DNA of 63,940 nt, filler included, from Folioceros fuciformis (taxonomy: Eukaryota), in the NCBI GenBank assembly GCA_049999805.1. It is 11 parts of 11 records of this genome, joined end to end, with 100 filler letters (N's around TTAATTAATTAA, not from the genome) between each part and the next. Parts side by side here need not be neighbours in the genome. Positions count along the whole stretch, not along the records: positions 59,441 to 62,682 come from JBNGIO010003313.1; positions 62,783 to 63,940 come from JBNGIO010003320.1; 9 more parts are not named here. One strand, written 5' to 3'. A program made the position numbers and the translations under genes. The notes below the pieces were generated by a model, which did no database searches, was not told the origin of the DNA, and saw nothing but the letters and a program-made list of their open reading frames with translations. Of the stretch, positions 62,419 through 63,940 are shown piece after piece (position 1 is the stretch's first letter; each line of letters begins with the position of its first letter).

Positions 62419-63564
62419 CTGTAAAGCAATAGGATATCATATTTTCATGACATTCATTAGGAAACCACCTTATGTGTTGTGAACTTTTTTGAGATTGATA
62501 GATAGATTGTTAGCTTCATGATAGTTTGATCTCTCCTTCAAGGGCCTTGAATAAAAACACTCATCTGTCTGTCTGTCTGTCTATCTGTCTATCTGTCACT
62601 TGTAGTTTATGACTAATGTCTATCATGGTTTTTTTGAATAAAATCTCTACAATTTGTGAGACAGTGCACTATATAACATAACNNNNNNNNNNNNNNNNNN
62701 NNNNNNNNNNNNNNNNNNNNNNNNNNTTAATTAATTAANNNNNNNNNNNNNNNNNNNNNNNNNNNNNNNNNNNNNNNNNNNNTTGCATGAAAAACTAATA
62801 TTTGTGGATGCAGATAAGCCGATGAAGCCACCACCTTCAGTAGTATCCTCAGAGTATGATAACTTCGCAATAAATGAAGACTCAGAAGAGGTTGAAGACT
62901 CCATGAAGCAGGAAGAAACCCCTCAACGAGCTGTTTGTGAGGGTAGCCCCAGCTGGAGGGCGCATCCTTGTGCAGACGACAGGATAGAGGATGTGGTGAC
63001 AGCAATAACAGGAGAGGAGAAAGGTGAATAAAGAAGAATGATACCAATAAAACAGGTAAAGTGAACTAACATTTTCCTAAGGATATTTTCTTCTATTGTG
63101 CAAGTGTAGATAAGAGTGTGGGCACAAGCCATGTGAGATTTGCCATATCCGTACGACCTACTCAAGAGAGACAAAGGAAAATTCCTAGTTCCTACCTACC
63201 AGCTGGAAATTTGTATAAGGCAACCTACTTGGTGTTGCCTGGAGGAAAGGATGACCATGAAGTTCCTACAGAGTATATACGTGAAAAAAGAGGAATCAAG
63301 ATGATGTGGTTAGGTGCTTTCCCATGTGAGAAATATGATGGACACACCAAACACTTGTACAGTAAGTAACCTAACCACTTAAGTACTATCTTTTCATCAT
63401 TTTCACTTTATAACCCATGGAGAGTCGCAGGATCCTTTTGGGCATTAGAGAGAGAAGATAAGGAGTATAGTGAAGACTACATAGAGTTAGGGGAGGAAAT
63501 TACTATGCTAGACCAGATGTGTGGACTGTAGGAAAAATACAATTACACAGACTAGCTAGTTGTC

Positions 63565-63940
63565 TTAAACCTCTTGAATTCCTAACATTTTCATGTGTTT
63601 TAAATGTAGATCTCTCCCTAATGACTTTGTTAATAAATCAGCTGGATTGTTTTGTGTTGGTATATAAGTGATATCTATAGTGTTATCTTCCAACTTTTCT
63701 CTGATATAGTGATATTCAACAGCTATGTGTTTAGTTCTAGAATGGAAAACAGGGTTTCTAGCAAGTGCTATGGCGCCCTGACTATCACTAAAGAGAGGTG
63801 TTGGTTTTTGCTGAAGGTGATTAAGTTCACTTAAGACTAGCCTAGACCATACAATATCCTTGGAAACAGAGGTTAGTACTCGATATTCAGATGCAGTACT
63901 AGACAAGGCAATGGTAGGCTGTTTCTTACTGGACCATGAT
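63565..63940 (-). mobile_element. Copia RNase H fragment
   Basis: SSTASEY..SDSQGAIALARNPVFHSRTKHI..ADLLTKSL. Confidence 0.9.

Noticed and set aside
7004-62782. Recurrent TTAATTAATTAA motif inside N runs
   Set aside because: Identical 100-bp synthetic linker with six-frame stops. It is an assembly artefact, and no biology should be inferred across it.

Overview
Repeat-rich nuclear DNA of a seed-free land plant, most likely a hornwort (inference from GRP-type DYW:KP PPR genes and a DYRK2-like exon). The window is 11 contigs joined by ten artificial 100-bp linkers (44 N + TTAATTAATTAA + 44 N), so adjacency across linkers is not trustworthy. Most of it is decayed or nested Ty1/copia and Ty3/gypsy LTR retrotransposons, plus one rearranged non-LTR element. 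The key contig (11758-32702) carries a cluster of intronless PLS-class PPR genes: three intact, one near-full-length pseudogene and two small remnants. Each intact gene ends in a DYW:KP-like deaminase domain (KPA/HAEK/CxDCH/GRP), the class linked to U-to-C RNA editing. Each also starts with a PDF motif like the ssDNA-binding motif of plant organellar OSB proteins. The paralogs differ mainly in the number and code residues of a central PLS/SS cassette. About 2 kb after the last gene the contig ends in a telomere-like tract that changes from TTTAGGG to pure TTAAGGG. Other oddities: an LTR element with AG...CT termini and 5'-UTR palindromes, facing inverted termini around a gypsy fragment, and several internal rearrangements in transposons.
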